A stretch of 64,000 nucleotides of DNA, from NCBI GenBank assembly GCA_035710825.1, contig DASTCU010000219.1:2134-66133 (forward strand). Reading direction: 5' to 3'. The translations under genes and the position numbers were made by a program. The notes under the pieces are model-generated. The model saw only the letters and a list, made by a program, of their open reading frames with translations. It searched no databases and was not told where the DNA came from. This DNA is from Candidatus Sulfotelmatobacter sp. GTDB taxonomy: Bacteria; Acidobacteriota; Terriglobia; Terriglobales; Acidobacteriaceae. Positions 25,501 to 35,089 of this stretch are shown here, piece after piece. Position 1 is the stretch's first letter. Each line of letters starts with the position of its first letter.

Positions 25501-26034
25501 ATCTGCAACACAAAGATTCCCCGACGAATCGATGGCCACTCCTCTCGGGCTACTGAGGGTCAGGCCACCAAGATCAACCACAGATCCGGCGGCTAACGAA
25601 GTCACTACGACGATCCGATGGTTCCCGGTATCCGCGATGTAGACGTTCCCAGAACCATCGATTGCCAGACCTTCTGGCGAATTGAGCCCTGTGCTTAGTC
25701 CCGTGATAGTCAAAACAATCGCATCACCAGCCGAGGTTACCTTAACGATTTGATGGTGGGCTGTATCCGCGATGTAGACATTTCCCGCGTTGTCGGCGAC
25801 GACCCCTCTGGGGTGGTTGAGAGTAACGGTACCTGTATCCAATGTCGCGGCAACTCCATTGAATACCACGGCCGGCGGCAGACACCAAACCATCGACGTG
25901 CAAATGAATAAGAAACATAGAGAAATAGCCGGCAGCAAATGAAATCTCGTGTTGAAGCGGGCGGATATACGACCGGAGAAGCACGACATAGGGCTCCTTG
26001 GCCACAAAATGAGACGATGGCGGCCTAGAGCCAA
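22567..26034 (-). CDS. giant NHL-repeat / Ig-like-domain surface protein
   Basis: About 17 units of the NHL pattern (P.GVAVD.SGNLYIADSGNNRIVKVT) are followed by Ig-like Thr/Ser-rich modules and hydrophobic C-terminal segments. The start is TTG; an alternative ATG lies at 25989. Confidence 0.85.
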   Translation of the reverse strand: MALGRHRLILWPRSPMSCFSGRISARFNTRFHLLPAISLCFLFICTSMVWCLPPAVVFNGVAATLDTGTVTLNHPRGVVADNAGNVYIADTAHHQIVKVTSAGDAIVLTITGLSTGLNSPEGLAIDGSGNVYIADTGNHRIVVVTSLAAGSVVDLGGLTLSSPRGVAIDSSGNLCVADTDNNRIIKLPSGGSAAALNITGLGTALSAPAGLSVDVSGNLYIADSGNNRIVKVTTGGAGSAVSISGLGTALSAPTGVAVDGFANLFIADSGNNRVVQVTSAGVGSVPSTGSLTLNAPNAVAVDISGAIHVADTSNSRVALLMLSAVGFGQLQVGAMSGKSFTLPFTIGVAATLGSVQALTLGAQSLDFTLGAGTTCANGTTNTTCNVEVQFLPLASGLRRGGVALFDQSSTLLAFVPIYGSGGAPLAALSPGTATIVSTGGVSIGSPFGVAIDGAGNLYVGNYTGNNVVKIAAGGGSASVVSTGGLTLLEACGVAVDGAGNLYIADYGHNRIVLVTSTGAASVFTVTGLGTAINQPAALALDGAGNLYIADWGNDRVVKVTPAGAGYVVATGSYTLSSMGVTGVAVDPSGNIYIADRIANHIVKVTPSGAASLVSVTGLTLTNPQGVAVDGNGNLYIADSGHRRVVQVTLAGTASVVQTPGQTIGTIMYGVTTDSNGNIYAVDWSYNRVLSVNVSGAVLRFANTSIGGTSSDSPKTATVTNLGNQALAFSSDTSYTADFSEDSLDASLCSSSTSLEPGETCDVSVLFTPQSAGSLSASLVVTNNHLNGSSATQNVAVSGTGVSPTTPTITWTQPSAIDYGTTLSGILNATATNGASPVAGTFAYTATAVGGTASTVTTATVLGVGIYTLSVIFTPSDEIAYDSASGSVPLTVNKAEPSVLLVSSANPAVLSSSVSFTATVSASASTPTGSVDFYDGTTLLGSGTLQSGDATYATANLSSGTHSITAVYSGDSNFLSVTSSAVSQVVSDVTVNIASGGTRNASVSAGGTATYHLSISPSTGSRFPAAVTLTASGGPVGSTITITPQIIAAGAAATNVTVSVQVPATTAAARRSDVSVLGAAFPLMGILVLCSGIKGRRPLKRVHGAVLLLIAMGSAGVVLGCGNSASTVPQPSTYTITVTATSGSISHSTALSLTVQ

Positions 26035-26163
26035 GTATCGGCTGGGGTCTTCGGAGGATTACGCCTATGTGGACATGCAAAGGGAGATGAACTTTCGTTT
26101 CCTTCTTCCGACCGCAGGAGAGCTGAACTCGGGAAGCCAGAGAAATCGTTAATAATTAGGATC

Positions 26164-26253
26164 TGGCGGAGAGGGAGGGATTCGAACCCCCGGTACCCTT
26201 TCGGGTACGCCGGTTTTCAAGACCGGAGCCATCAACCACTCGGCCACCTCTCC
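26164..26253 (-). tRNA. tRNA-Ser (anticodon UGA)
   Basis: The 90-nt cloverleaf folds by hand: acceptor GGAGAGG/CCTCTCC, anticodon stem CCGGT/ACCGG with loop CTTGAAA, a long variable arm (CGTACCCGAAAGGGTACC), T-loop GGTTCGAATCC, and an encoded CCA. Confidence 0.95.
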
Positions 26254-26354
26254 GGGTTCTTCGCGGTTGCTGCAGCGGCTGCATTGCTTCCCGGACGGGA
26301 AGCGCCAAACTTCCACAGTCACTTCTGGTTAGTTTACATCAGGCGGGTCGCGGC

Positions 26355-27260
26355 TTAGTGCTCCGGCAGGAGTCCGAAAGCTTTGGAGTGAAACTCCATC
26401 ACTTCGGCGAAATGAGAGAGGAAATAAGTGATGCTGTGGTCGCCAGTATAGGCGTGGTATTCGTGCTTCACGTGCTCTTTTAGCAGTTCATCGTGCAACT
26501 CGGCCGCGCCTTTCTCAAAACCGTAGTTGTCCTCTTGCCCGCAGTTGAAATAAATGGCCAGCTTCTGCAGGGCGGAGGCGTTCTTCTTGGCAAGCAGTAA
26601 GGGATTGTTCTCGTTCCACTGGCGCACGTCGATGGGCTTGCCAAAAACCGGGCCCAAGACCGAAACAATAGGCACGCCAGTGCCGCCGGCTGCATCGAGC
26701 TCATGGGGTGATTCTGTCATCAGTGCGGCACTTTGCGCGCTTACTGCCGAGAACAACTCCGGATGCGAGAAAGCGAAACGCAAGGCTCCGTAACCTCCCA
26801 TGGAAATGCCGCTGATCGCCCTTCCCTGCCGCCCGGCACGAATAGAATATTTGTGCTCGATCAAAGGCATCAACTCCTGCAGGAAAAAATCGCTGTAGCG
26901 AACTGTGCCATCGGCCGAGTTGACGTAGAAGCTGCGCCGTCCCTCGGGAGCGACGATGAGAAAGTCGCCCATCCTATGCTGGTTACGCAAATCGTCCAGC
27001 AGAGTCCAGCCCCCACTGTTGAATAAGGTTTGCTCGTTGTCGCCCAGTCCGTGCAGCAGATACAGCACGGGATAGCGCCGCGCCGGATGCTGCGCCCTGG
27101 CGGCATCATAGCCGGAGGGCAGGTAGACGCAATAACGGACGGGTCGCTTAAGGATGCGGCTGTTGAGAGCGTTGCAATCGATGCGGCTTTGCGCCCTTGC
27201 CGAAGACGCGCCCATTACAGCCAAAACGAGCAAGCAGCGAAGCCACGGGATCGCCTTCAT
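26355..27260 (-). CDS. secreted esterase-family alpha/beta hydrolase
   Basis: Motifs YLLHGLGDNEQTLF and the nucleophile elbow GISMGGYGA. Signal peptide MKAIPWLRCLLVLAVMGASSARA. I chose ATG 27260, which avoids overlap with the upstream gene; the track ORF runs to 27440. Confidence 0.8.
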   Translation of the reverse strand: MKAIPWLRCLLVLAVMGASSARAQSRIDCNALNSRILKRPVRYCVYLPSGYDAARAQHPARRYPVLYLLHGLGDNEQTLFNSGGWTLLDDLRNQHRMGDFLIVAPEGRRSFYVNSADGTVRYSDFFLQELMPLIEHKYSIRAGRQGRAISGISMGGYGALRFAFSHPELFSAVSAQSAALMTESPHELDAAGGTGVPIVSVLGPVFGKPIDVRQWNENNPLLLAKKNASALQKLAIYFNCGQEDNYGFEKGAAELHDELLKEHVKHEYHAYTGDHSITYFLSHFAEVMEFHSKAFGLLPEH

Positions 27261-27270
27261 TCCGATTCGT

Positions 27271-28653
27271 TTACTCGTAGCGCAGTGCCTGCACGGGATC
27301 GAGCCTGGCGGCGCGCCCCGCGGGATAAAGCCCCGAAACCATACTGACCAAAAACGCAAATAAGATTGCGCCTCCAACCAACCACCACGGTACAGCCCAG
27401 AAGTGCTCCGGAGGAAGCGATTGGCGTCGGAGATAAACATTGGTACCCAGATTGATCACCTCACCGATCGCCCAGCCCAGCGCAACTCCCACCAATCCTC
27501 CCAGGATTCCCATCGCCCCGGCTTCGGCAAAAAAGAGCTTTTTAACATCGCCGTCGCTGGCGCCGATGGCCTTCATGATGCCGATCTCGCGGCGCCGTTC
27601 CAGAATCGCCATTACCAGCGTATTCACGATGCCTATGGAGGCTACCATCAAGGCAAGACTGCCGAAGATTCCCAGAAACGCATATAGAACTGCAAAGAAT
27701 TGTCGAAGGCCGCGGCTTGCGTCGAGGATCGAGAACGCAGTGAATCCCATCTTCTTGATGGCATCCTCGACGCCTTGTATCTGCGCGGGATTCTTTACAC
27801 GCACGCTGATTGAGGAATAGACGGGCTGATCGCTCGCCGCCCGCGCAATCTCGCGGAGGTCGGTGGGCTGCATTACGTGAAGGCTCTCGGCCAGTTTCAA
27901 CGGCAAAAATACTTTCGCTCGTGTTGGACCGCGCATGCTCTCGGGATCCAGATCGGCAACGCCGACGATCTTCAGCTTTTGCTCACGGGACACGACCGAG
28001 TATGCAGCACCGGAGAGATCGTCCGTCGCGGGCTGAGCGTCCGAGTTGGTGGCACGCTGCGCATAGCGCATTGTGAGTTCCTTGCCCAGGAGCGGCTTTG
28101 CGAGGTCAGAGACGCTCGGTTCAGGCGCGCCGAGTGCGGGCGTTTTGCCCAAAAGTTCCTCCGCAAACGACTTTTGCAACACCGCTTCCGCTGCGGTATC
28201 CGACGAAAAAAAGCTGCCCTGCATGCCTTCGAATGCGTCGTTAGATTTCGCGGACTCGGGCAGGGCCGACACCATGGTCAGGTGCGGCTTGTCTTCGAAG
28301 CGCAGCTCGGTAGCGAAGCGAATGTCAGGATAGGCTTCCGCCACATTCGGCATGCGCTCGATTTCGGTGCGTGCCGCTTCGTCGAGCACCCGGCTTTCTC
28401 CCGGCGTCGGTCCGGTACGTTCTTCTTCGCGGCCCATGCCGCGCAATTCGCGGCGGGAAGTGACCACAATGGTGTCGAATAACCCCGATTTCACCAGTCG
28501 CCGCGATGCCATTTGCTGCAGCCCGATGCCGAGCGAGAGCATGGCCACCAGCGACGCTACTCCCACGGAGATCCCGACGGTAGTCAGCGAGTTTCGCAGC
28601 AGCGATTCCCGCAGATTGCGCAGTGCGAGTTCGGTGAGGTCGGGAATCTTCAT
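27271..28653 (-). CDS. ABC transporter permease, FtsX/MacB type
   Basis: An N-terminal TM helix, a large extracytoplasmic domain, and a C-terminal FtsX-like 3-TM bundle (RRREIGIMKAIGASD). It overlaps the upstream ATPase gene by 4 nt. Confidence 0.85.
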   Translation of the reverse strand: MKIPDLTELALRNLRESLLRNSLTTVGISVGVASLVAMLSLGIGLQQMASRRLVKSGLFDTIVVTSRRELRGMGREEERTGPTPGESRVLDEAARTEIERMPNVAEAYPDIRFATELRFEDKPHLTMVSALPESAKSNDAFEGMQGSFFSSDTAAEAVLQKSFAEELLGKTPALGAPEPSVSDLAKPLLGKELTMRYAQRATNSDAQPATDDLSGAAYSVVSREQKLKIVGVADLDPESMRGPTRAKVFLPLKLAESLHVMQPTDLREIARAASDQPVYSSISVRVKNPAQIQGVEDAIKKMGFTAFSILDASRGLRQFFAVLYAFLGIFGSLALMVASIGIVNTLVMAILERRREIGIMKAIGASDGDVKKLFFAEAGAMGILGGLVGVALGWAIGEVINLGTNVYLRRQSLPPEHFWAVPWWLVGGAILFAFLVSMVSGLYPAGRAARLDPVQALRYE

Positions 28654-29405
28654 GACCGTCCCCGCATGCCGGATTGAACGTCGGAAGTTTGCTGATCATC
28701 CACCAGTTTCCCGTCTGCCAGGAAAATCATCCGTTGCGCATAGCGTTCGGCCAGTGCCCGCTCGTGCGTCACCATCAGGACGGTCATTCCCAGTTCGCGG
28801 TTGAAATCGCGGACCATATCCATGATTTCCGTTCCGGTGTGGCTGTCGAGATTTCCGGTGGGTTCGTCTGCCAAGAGTAGCTGTGGACGGTTGATCAGCG
28901 CGCGCGCCAAAGCCGCCCTCTGCTGTTCGCCGCCTGAAAGTTCGGTTGGGCGATGGTTCATGCGCCCCCGCAGCCCGACGCGCTCCAAGGCTTCCTGCGC
29001 CAGCTTGAAACGCTGGTTGCGATCGACTTCAGCAAAACGCAAAGGGAGTTCTACATTTTCCGCAACCGTCATGCTGGCGATCAGATTGAACGACTGGAAC
29101 ACCATCCCTACGACATGCAGACGATACTTTGCCAGATCTTCGCGGGAAAGCTTCGCCAGATCGCGATCCTGCACCATGACGCTTCCCGACGTCGGACGAT
29201 CCAGCCCGGCAATCAGGTTCAACACTGACGATTTGCCGGAGCCGGAACTTCCCAGCAGCGCGACGAATTCTCCCGCCCGAATTTCAAGCGTCACGCCATC
29301 GACCGCGCGGATCACACTCTCGCCCATGCGGTAGTGTCGGCAAAGATTTTCGCTGCGGATCGCCAAGGTACTACGAGCGGCAGAAGCTACGGGGGCAGTC
29401 GTCAT
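28650..29405 (-). CDS. ABC transporter ATP-binding protein (MacB/LolD type)
   Basis: Walker A GSSGSGKSS, signature LSGGEQQR, Walker B LLLADEPTGNLD. Confidence 0.9.
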   Translation of the reverse strand: MTTAPVASAARSTLAIRSENLCRHYRMGESVIRAVDGVTLEIRAGEFVALLGSSGSGKSSVLNLIAGLDRPTSGSVMVQDRDLAKLSREDLAKYRLHVVGMVFQSFNLIASMTVAENVELPLRFAEVDRNQRFKLAQEALERVGLRGRMNHRPTELSGGEQQRAALARALINRPQLLLADEPTGNLDSHTGTEIMDMVRDFNRELGMTVLMVTHERALAERYAQRMIFLADGKLVDDQQTSDVQSGMRGRS

Positions 29406-29410
29406 AAGAA

Positions 29411-31309
29411 CTAGCGAATTTCTCCTCGCAGCACCCGCAGAGCGTCGCCCGCCTTCACATCTCCGTTTTTGGTCTCCGCGCCATTGCCGTTGACCAGCAC
29501 CGCATCGCCTTCGCCCGGAGCGAGAAACAGATTCTCTTCGACACCGTGTTGCCGCGTGTACAAATCGTAATAGCGGCCCCGCAATGCATAAAGTTGCGCG
29601 TGCGTGCCCCGCTCTACGATCTGTCCTTGCTCCATCACCATAATCTGATCGGCGCGGCGAATCGTCGAAAGCCGGTGCGCAATCACAAACGTGGTGCGTC
29701 CTTGCATCAGATAAGAGAGCCCTTGCTGGATCATGTGTTCGGATTCCGAGTCGAGGCTCGACGTTGCCTCATCCAGAATGAGGATGCGCGGCTCGGCCAG
29801 AATGGCGCGGGCAATCGAAATGCGCTGCCGCTGCCCGCCGGAGAGCTTGACCCCACGCTCCCCGACCACAGTCTCGTATCCCTCGGCAAAAGATTCGGCG
29901 AACTCATCCACCCGCGCAATGCGGCACGCCCGCATGATCTCTTCTTCCGTCGCGTCAGGACGCGAAAACGCGACATTCTCGCGGATCGTTCCATCGAATA
30001 GGAACGATTCCTGCAGCACTACTCCCAACCGCGTGCGGAAGGAATCGAGCCGAACTGTGCTAAGGTCAACGTTGTCTACCCGGATCGTACCCTTCGTTGG
30101 CGTGTAGAAAGCGCACACCAAACCAATCGTGGTGGATTTTCCCGAGCCTGACGAACCCACCAGCGCAGTAACCGTCCCTGGCTGGGAGCGGAAGGACACA
30201 TTGTGCAGAACTTCATGAGCGCCGTCGTAGCTGAAGCTCACATTCTCGAATTCAACTTCTCCCACAATATCTTCGAGGGACAAAGCACGCTTTGGATCCT
30301 GGTCCTCAGGCCGCTCGGCCATAATTTCCTGCGTGCGCTCCAGCCCTGCCAATGCTTCCGTAATCTGCGTGCCGATGGCAACGACCTGGAGGATCGGCGC
30401 AACCAGAAAAACAAGATACAGGTTGTACGAAATGTAGCCGCCGGGAGTCAGGGTGTGACCGACCATCTGGCGCCCGCCGACGTACATTGTGGCTGCGCCG
30501 ACTAGCCCCATCAGAACGCTTGCTGATAGGCTCATCAGCGAAGTCGCCGTGAGCGTGCGCATGACGTTGTCGAGCAACCGCCGCACTCCCGCCGCGAAGG
30601 TCTTCTCCTCGCGCTGTTCCGCGTGATACCCCTTGATGACGCGGACCCCGCCCAGCGACTCGGTCAGGCGTCCGGTGACCTCGGCGTTGATCTTGCCGCG
30701 TTCCCGAAAAATCGGGCGAATCGTTTTGAATGCCCGGTTGAGCGTAAACGCAAAGCAACCGAGCGATCCGACCGCGATCAGCGTCAGTGGCACGCTGGTC
30801 TTCAGAAGCAGTACCAGCGCGATGGCGGCCGCGACCAGCCCTCCGGCGAACTCAACCAGCCCCGTGCCCAGCAAATTGCGGACACCCTCCACGTCGCTCA
30901 TGATCCGCGACACCAGTGCGCCAGTCTTGTTCGCATCGTAAAAAGCGACCGGCAGGCGCGAGATGTGCTGCTGCACCTGCTCGCGCAGTTCGGCGATCAG
31001 GCGCTGCGCTGCCTTCGACAGCAGTTGGGTCAAAGAGAAGGAAGTCACGCCCTGCACCAGCGTGGCCAACAGCACCCAGAAGACGAGCGGCCTTAACAGC
31101 CCAATCTGATGCCTGGTAACAACGTTATCGATGAGGAATCGCGAAGAATAGGGCAGCACGAAGCCGGCGACGCGGTTGATCACCATCAGCACGAAGCCCA
31201 GCGCCAGCAACCGCCGCCGCGGGCGCATCAACTTCCAGACCTCCGGCAAGACGGCCTTCAATCGCTGCATCTTCGGAGGCTTCGCGGCTTCTTTAGTTGG
31301 GGAACTCAA
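29411..31309 (-). CDS. ABC exporter, fused permease/ATPase (MsbA-like half transporter)
   Basis: Six N-terminal TM helices, then Walker A GSSGSGKST, LSGGQRQR and ILILDEATS. Confidence 0.9.
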   Translation of the reverse strand: MSSPTKEAAKPPKMQRLKAVLPEVWKLMRPRRRLLALGFVLMVINRVAGFVLPYSSRFLIDNVVTRHQIGLLRPLVFWVLLATLVQGVTSFSLTQLLSKAAQRLIAELREQVQQHISRLPVAFYDANKTGALVSRIMSDVEGVRNLLGTGLVEFAGGLVAAAIALVLLLKTSVPLTLIAVGSLGCFAFTLNRAFKTIRPIFRERGKINAEVTGRLTESLGGVRVIKGYHAEQREEKTFAAGVRRLLDNVMRTLTATSLMSLSASVLMGLVGAATMYVGGRQMVGHTLTPGGYISYNLYLVFLVAPILQVVAIGTQITEALAGLERTQEIMAERPEDQDPKRALSLEDIVGEVEFENVSFSYDGAHEVLHNVSFRSQPGTVTALVGSSGSGKSTTIGLVCAFYTPTKGTIRVDNVDLSTVRLDSFRTRLGVVLQESFLFDGTIRENVAFSRPDATEEEIMRACRIARVDEFAESFAEGYETVVGERGVKLSGGQRQRISIARAILAEPRILILDEATSSLDSESEHMIQQGLSYLMQGRTTFVIAHRLSTIRRADQIMVMEQGQIVERGTHAQLYALRGRYYDLYTRQHGVEENLFLAPGEGDAVLVNGNGAETKNGDVKAGDALRVLRGEIR

Positions 31310-31390
31310 TCCTCTGTTTGACTCCGTTGGGGCGGGATTGGCTTCAATATTACTGCATCTGCCCCGAGAGCGCGGGACAACCTCCGGCCT

Positions 31391-32794
31391 GTGACAGCGG
31401 CCATCCCAGCGTTGTATGCTCGGGGCGTGTCCCGCTCATCCCCGCCGGAGCGTTCGCTGACCCTTGGCCTGTTGCTAGGGCTTCTGATCACGCTCTCCGC
31501 GGTGCTGGCGTATTCGGCCTATATCACGTGGCAGGTAACCGGACTGCGCCAGTTGCAAACCAACCTGGTGGACCGCAACCGCAAGGATTCGCTGCAGTTG
31601 CTGCGAATTCAGAATGATCTGAACCTGCTCGCCGTGGCCATGCGCGATATGGTCAGCAGTGATGAACCCTATCCTCTGACAGCGTGGTCGGCGCAATTCC
31701 AGCGCATTCGCACCGATCTGGACGATGCCATGCGTCTGGAGGCCGATTTGTCCGCCACCAGCCGCACTCCGGAGCAGAGCGCATTTCTAAGCCAGTCTTT
31801 CACCCAGTTCTGGGATGCGGTCGACCGCATCTTCGCGCTCGCGCACGAGGGCAAGGAAAAACAAGCCCGCGAGCAGATTCAGCTCTCGCTGCAAGAACGG
31901 CAAGCCGCTCTGAGCACAGCCGTGGCCCGTCTCCTCGTACAGAACAGCGAAAACGAGGAACAAGCCGGGCAGCGCATCGTCCAGATTTACGACCGCGTGC
32001 GGCGGCAGGTTTACGTCTTTCTTGCTTGCACCCTCCTGGCAATTTTGCTCAACGGTCTCTCCCTGATTCGCTGGAACCGGCGTCTGTTCGCCCGCATGGA
32101 AGAGATTTCCGAGCGGCGCAGCGAACTCGCGCAAAAGCTCATCGCCACCCAGGAATCCACCTTGCGCTACATATCGCGCGAACTGCACGACGAGTTCGGA
32201 CAAGTGTTGACGGCGGTCGGCTCCATGCTGCGTCGCGCGGGAACGCATGCCCCCGAAGGCTCATCTCTGCGCGCTGATCTACAGGAAGTTCTTCAGACCG
32301 TGCAGACTACTTTGGAAAGCGTCCGCAGCCTCTCCCAGGCTCTCCACCCGGTCATGCTCGATGAGGCTGGTCTTGAGAGCACTCTCGACTGGTACATCCC
32401 CAACGTGGAAAGACAAACCGGAATTGCCATATCCTATGAGAAGCAGGGGGAGCCGTTTCCGGTCGACGGCAGCGCTGGGGTACACATCTATCGCATTTTG
32501 CAGGAAGCATTGAACAACGTGGCGCGGCATTCGGGCGCGAAAGAGGCGCGGGTGAGATTACGTTTCTTACCCCACAGGCTTGAGTTGGAAGTTGAAGATC
32601 GTGGCACCGGCTTCCATGAACGCCCCAACCGGCGTGGCATCGGTCTGGTGGCCATGCGCGAACGGTCCGAACTGATGGGCGGACAGATTGTATTTTCGCA
32701 TCCGGCGGAAGGTGGAACTCTGGTGCATTTAACCGTGCCGCGGGAGAAAGCGGAGTCTTATGGAAAAGAAGATCACAGTGTTGCTCGTGGATGA
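31391..32794 (+). CDS. sensor histidine kinase (HisKA_3 / NarX-LiaS type)
   Basis: Two TM segments flank a helical sensor domain. H-box ELHDEFGQVLTAV. ATPase motifs LQEALNNVARHSGA and GIGLVAMRERSELMGG. The start is GTG. Confidence 0.9.
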   Translation: MTAAIPALYARGVSRSSPPERSLTLGLLLGLLITLSAVLAYSAYITWQVTGLRQLQTNLVDRNRKDSLQLLRIQNDLNLLAVAMRDMVSSDEPYPLTAWSAQFQRIRTDLDDAMRLEADLSATSRTPEQSAFLSQSFTQFWDAVDRIFALAHEGKEKQAREQIQLSLQERQAALSTAVARLLVQNSENEEQAGQRIVQIYDRVRRQVYVFLACTLLAILLNGLSLIRWNRRLFARMEEISERRSELAQKLIATQESTLRYISRELHDEFGQVLTAVGSMLRRAGTHAPEGSSLRADLQEVLQTVQTTLESVRSLSQALHPVMLDEAGLESTLDWYIPNVERQTGIAISYEKQGEPFPVDGSAGVHIYRILQEALNNVARHSGAKEARVRLRFLPHRLELEVEDRGTGFHERPNRRGIGLVAMRERSELMGGQIVFSHPAEGGTLVHLTVPREKAESYGKEDHSVARG

Positions 32795-33389
32795 CCACAG
32801 CCTGGTGCGCCGTGGTTTCCGGCGCATGCTCGAGGATGAGCCCGACATGGAAGTCGTCGGCGAAGCGGGAGATGGCGAAGAATCGATCAAGCTCGCAAAA
32901 CAGTTGCATCCGCAGGTCGTGGTCATGGACTGCGCTTTGCCCGGAATGAACGGTCTGCAAGCCACGCGGCAAATCATGGAAGACTTGCCCAACACCGCCG
33001 TTCTCATGCTCAGCATGCACACAGAGAGCACCTGGGTGCGACAGGCCATTGAGGCCGGAGCCAAGGGATACGTCCTCAAGGAGGCTCTCGACCTGGAACT
33101 CGGCGCAGCCATTCGCAAGGTCGCCGCCGGAGAGTCGGTATTCGATCCTAAAGTCGAACAGCGCTCCGTACTAAAAGGCGAGCGCAGCGCCGCCCTCACG
33201 CATCGCGAACTTGAAGTACTGCAGATGATTGTCGACGGTAAATCAAACAAAGAAATTGCGACTGCGCTCGAGCTGAGTGCCAACACCGTTGCTGTCCATC
33301 GCGCCAACATCATGAACACGCTGGGAATCCACAAGACTGCGGAGCTGGTTGTCTACGCGATTCGCGCCGGGCTGGTGAACGTTCCGTGA
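32760..33389 (+). CDS. response regulator, NarL/LuxR family
   Basis: Receiver motif VLLVDDHSLVRRG and LuxR HTH LTHRELEVLQMIVDGKSNKEIA. It overlaps the kinase gene 3' end. Confidence 0.92.
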   Translation: MEKKITVLLVDDHSLVRRGFRRMLEDEPDMEVVGEAGDGEESIKLAKQLHPQVVVMDCALPGMNGLQATRQIMEDLPNTAVLMLSMHTESTWVRQAIEAGAKGYVLKEALDLELGAAIRKVAAGESVFDPKVEQRSVLKGERSAALTHRELEVLQMIVDGKSNKEIATALELSANTVAVHRANIMNTLGIHKTAELVVYAIRAGLVNVP

Positions 33390-35089
33390 ATCGCAGGTCT
33401 TTCCTGGGGGGAATGGCAGGACTCGCAGCGTGGTCGCCCTTGGCTCGCCTGCATGCTTTGACAGCACAGGCAGGCGCCGCCTCCTCCCTCGGTTTCCGTT
33501 TCACCGATGTGACCGGCCCGGCTGGAATTCAGTTTCAGCACAACAGCGGAGCCTTCGGCGGCAAGTACCTGCCTGAGACCCTCGGCTCAGGCTGCGCATT
33601 TCTGGATTACGATCGCGATGGTTGGCAGGACATCCTTCTGATCAACGGTGCCGACTGGCCCGGCCATAAAAAGAATCGCACCACGCTTCGCCTCTACCAC
33701 AACAACGGGAACGGCACTTTCACCGATGTCACGGCGCGCGCTGGACTCGATGTGGAACTCTACGGCATGGGCGTTGCCGTTGGGGATTACAACAATGACG
33801 GCTTTCCCGACATTTTGATCACGTGCGTCGGCCAGAATCATTTGTTTCACAACACTGGCAAGGGGAAGTTCGTTGATGTGACCAATGCGGCCGGTCTCGG
33901 GAAGCGCGAGGGATTCAGCACTTCCGCGCTCTGGTTTGATTACGACCGCGATGGGTTGCTCGATCTTTTCGTCTGCAATTACGTGAAGTGGTCGCCGGAG
34001 CACGACGTTTTCTGCAGTCTGGATGGCAAGCACAAGTCCTACTGCACCCCTGAGGCGTATCGCGGAGAAACCTGCTGGCTGTTCCACAATCGCGGCAATG
34101 GCACCTTCGAAGACGTCACTGCCTCGAGCGGAATTTTCGACAGCAGTTCCAAATCGCTGGGTGTCGCGCTTTTCGACGATAATCACGACGGCTGGCCCGA
34201 TCTGCTCGTCGCCAACGATACGCAGCCGAACAAGCTTTATCGGAACCAGCACAACGGCACGTTTAAGGATTTCGCGGTCGAGGCCGGGCTTGCTTTCAGC
34301 AGCGAAGGGAAAGCGCGCGCGGGCATGGGAGTCGATGTCGCCGATTTCGATAACTCCGGCTCTCCCGGAGTAGCCATCACGAATTTCGACAATGAGATGA
34401 TCGGCCTGTACCGGCTCAGTGGCAAAACCTTCGAAGATATTGCTCCTCAATCGGGAGTGGGCGTTGCCTCCCGAAACAGCCTGGGATTCGGCTGCGCTTT
34501 CCTGGATGTGAATCTTGACGGCTGGCTCGACTTTGCCGTCGCCAACGGCCATATCGACGAGACGGTGCGCAACATCCGAGGCAACGTGGGATATGCGCAG
34601 CCCCCACAACTGTTTCTCAACAGAGGGAAAACAAACTTTCACGACGTCGCAGCAGAAATGGGCAGCGGCTTTGATGAGCCTAAAGTCGGGCGCGGACTGG
34701 CTTACGGCGACTTCGACCGTGACGGCGACCTCGACCTCCTGATCACTACCAATAATGGGCCAGCCCATCTGTACCGCAACGACCAACTCGCCGGCAATCG
34801 CAGCATTCGCTTCCGGCTGGTAGGAACGAAATCAAATCGAGACGCAATCGGCGCAGCGGTGCACGTTTATGCCGGCGGACTGGTACAGTCGCGGTTGGTG
34901 AAGGGCGGTTCCAGTTATCTCTCGCAGTCCGAGCTTCCAGTGACCTTCGGACTGGAGAAACAGGACCATGTCGAGCGGGTGGTCATCAACTGGCCAAGCG
35001 GACGAACGGAAGAATACAAGAATCTTGCCGCCGGCCGCACTTATGATTGCACCGAAGCGAAAGGAATTGCCCCGCAGAACGGTTACTGA
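33386..35089 (+). CDS. CRTAC1-family protein (FG-GAP/VCBS repeats + ASPIC/UnbV domain), Tat signal
   Basis: Twin-arginine signal MNRRSFLGG, repeated DYDRDGWxD FG-GAP motifs, and a C-terminal UnbV-like region NRDAIGAAVHVYAGG...GGSSYLSQSE. Its GTG start overlaps the regulator stop (GTGA). Confidence 0.88.
   Translation: MNRRSFLGGMAGLAAWSPLARLHALTAQAGAASSLGFRFTDVTGPAGIQFQHNSGAFGGKYLPETLGSGCAFLDYDRDGWQDILLINGADWPGHKKNRTTLRLYHNNGNGTFTDVTARAGLDVELYGMGVAVGDYNNDGFPDILITCVGQNHLFHNTGKGKFVDVTNAAGLGKREGFSTSALWFDYDRDGLLDLFVCNYVKWSPEHDVFCSLDGKHKSYCTPEAYRGETCWLFHNRGNGTFEDVTASSGIFDSSSKSLGVALFDDNHDGWPDLLVANDTQPNKLYRNQHNGTFKDFAVEAGLAFSSEGKARAGMGVDVADFDNSGSPGVAITNFDNEMIGLYRLSGKTFEDIAPQSGVGVASRNSLGFGCAFLDVNLDGWLDFAVANGHIDETVRNIRGNVGYAQPPQLFLNRGKTNFHDVAAEMGSGFDEPKVGRGLAYGDFDRDGDLDLLITTNNGPAHLYRNDQLAGNRSIRFRLVGTKSNRDAIGAAVHVYAGGLVQSRLVKGGSSYLSQSELPVTFGLEKQDHVERVVINWPSGRTEEYKNLAAGRTYDCTEAKGIAPQNGY

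Noticed and set aside
26164-26253. tRNA-Ser as an integration site for a genomic island covering the NHL protein / small peptide region.
   Set aside because: I found no integrase or recombinase gene and no direct repeat of the tRNA 3' end in the flanks.
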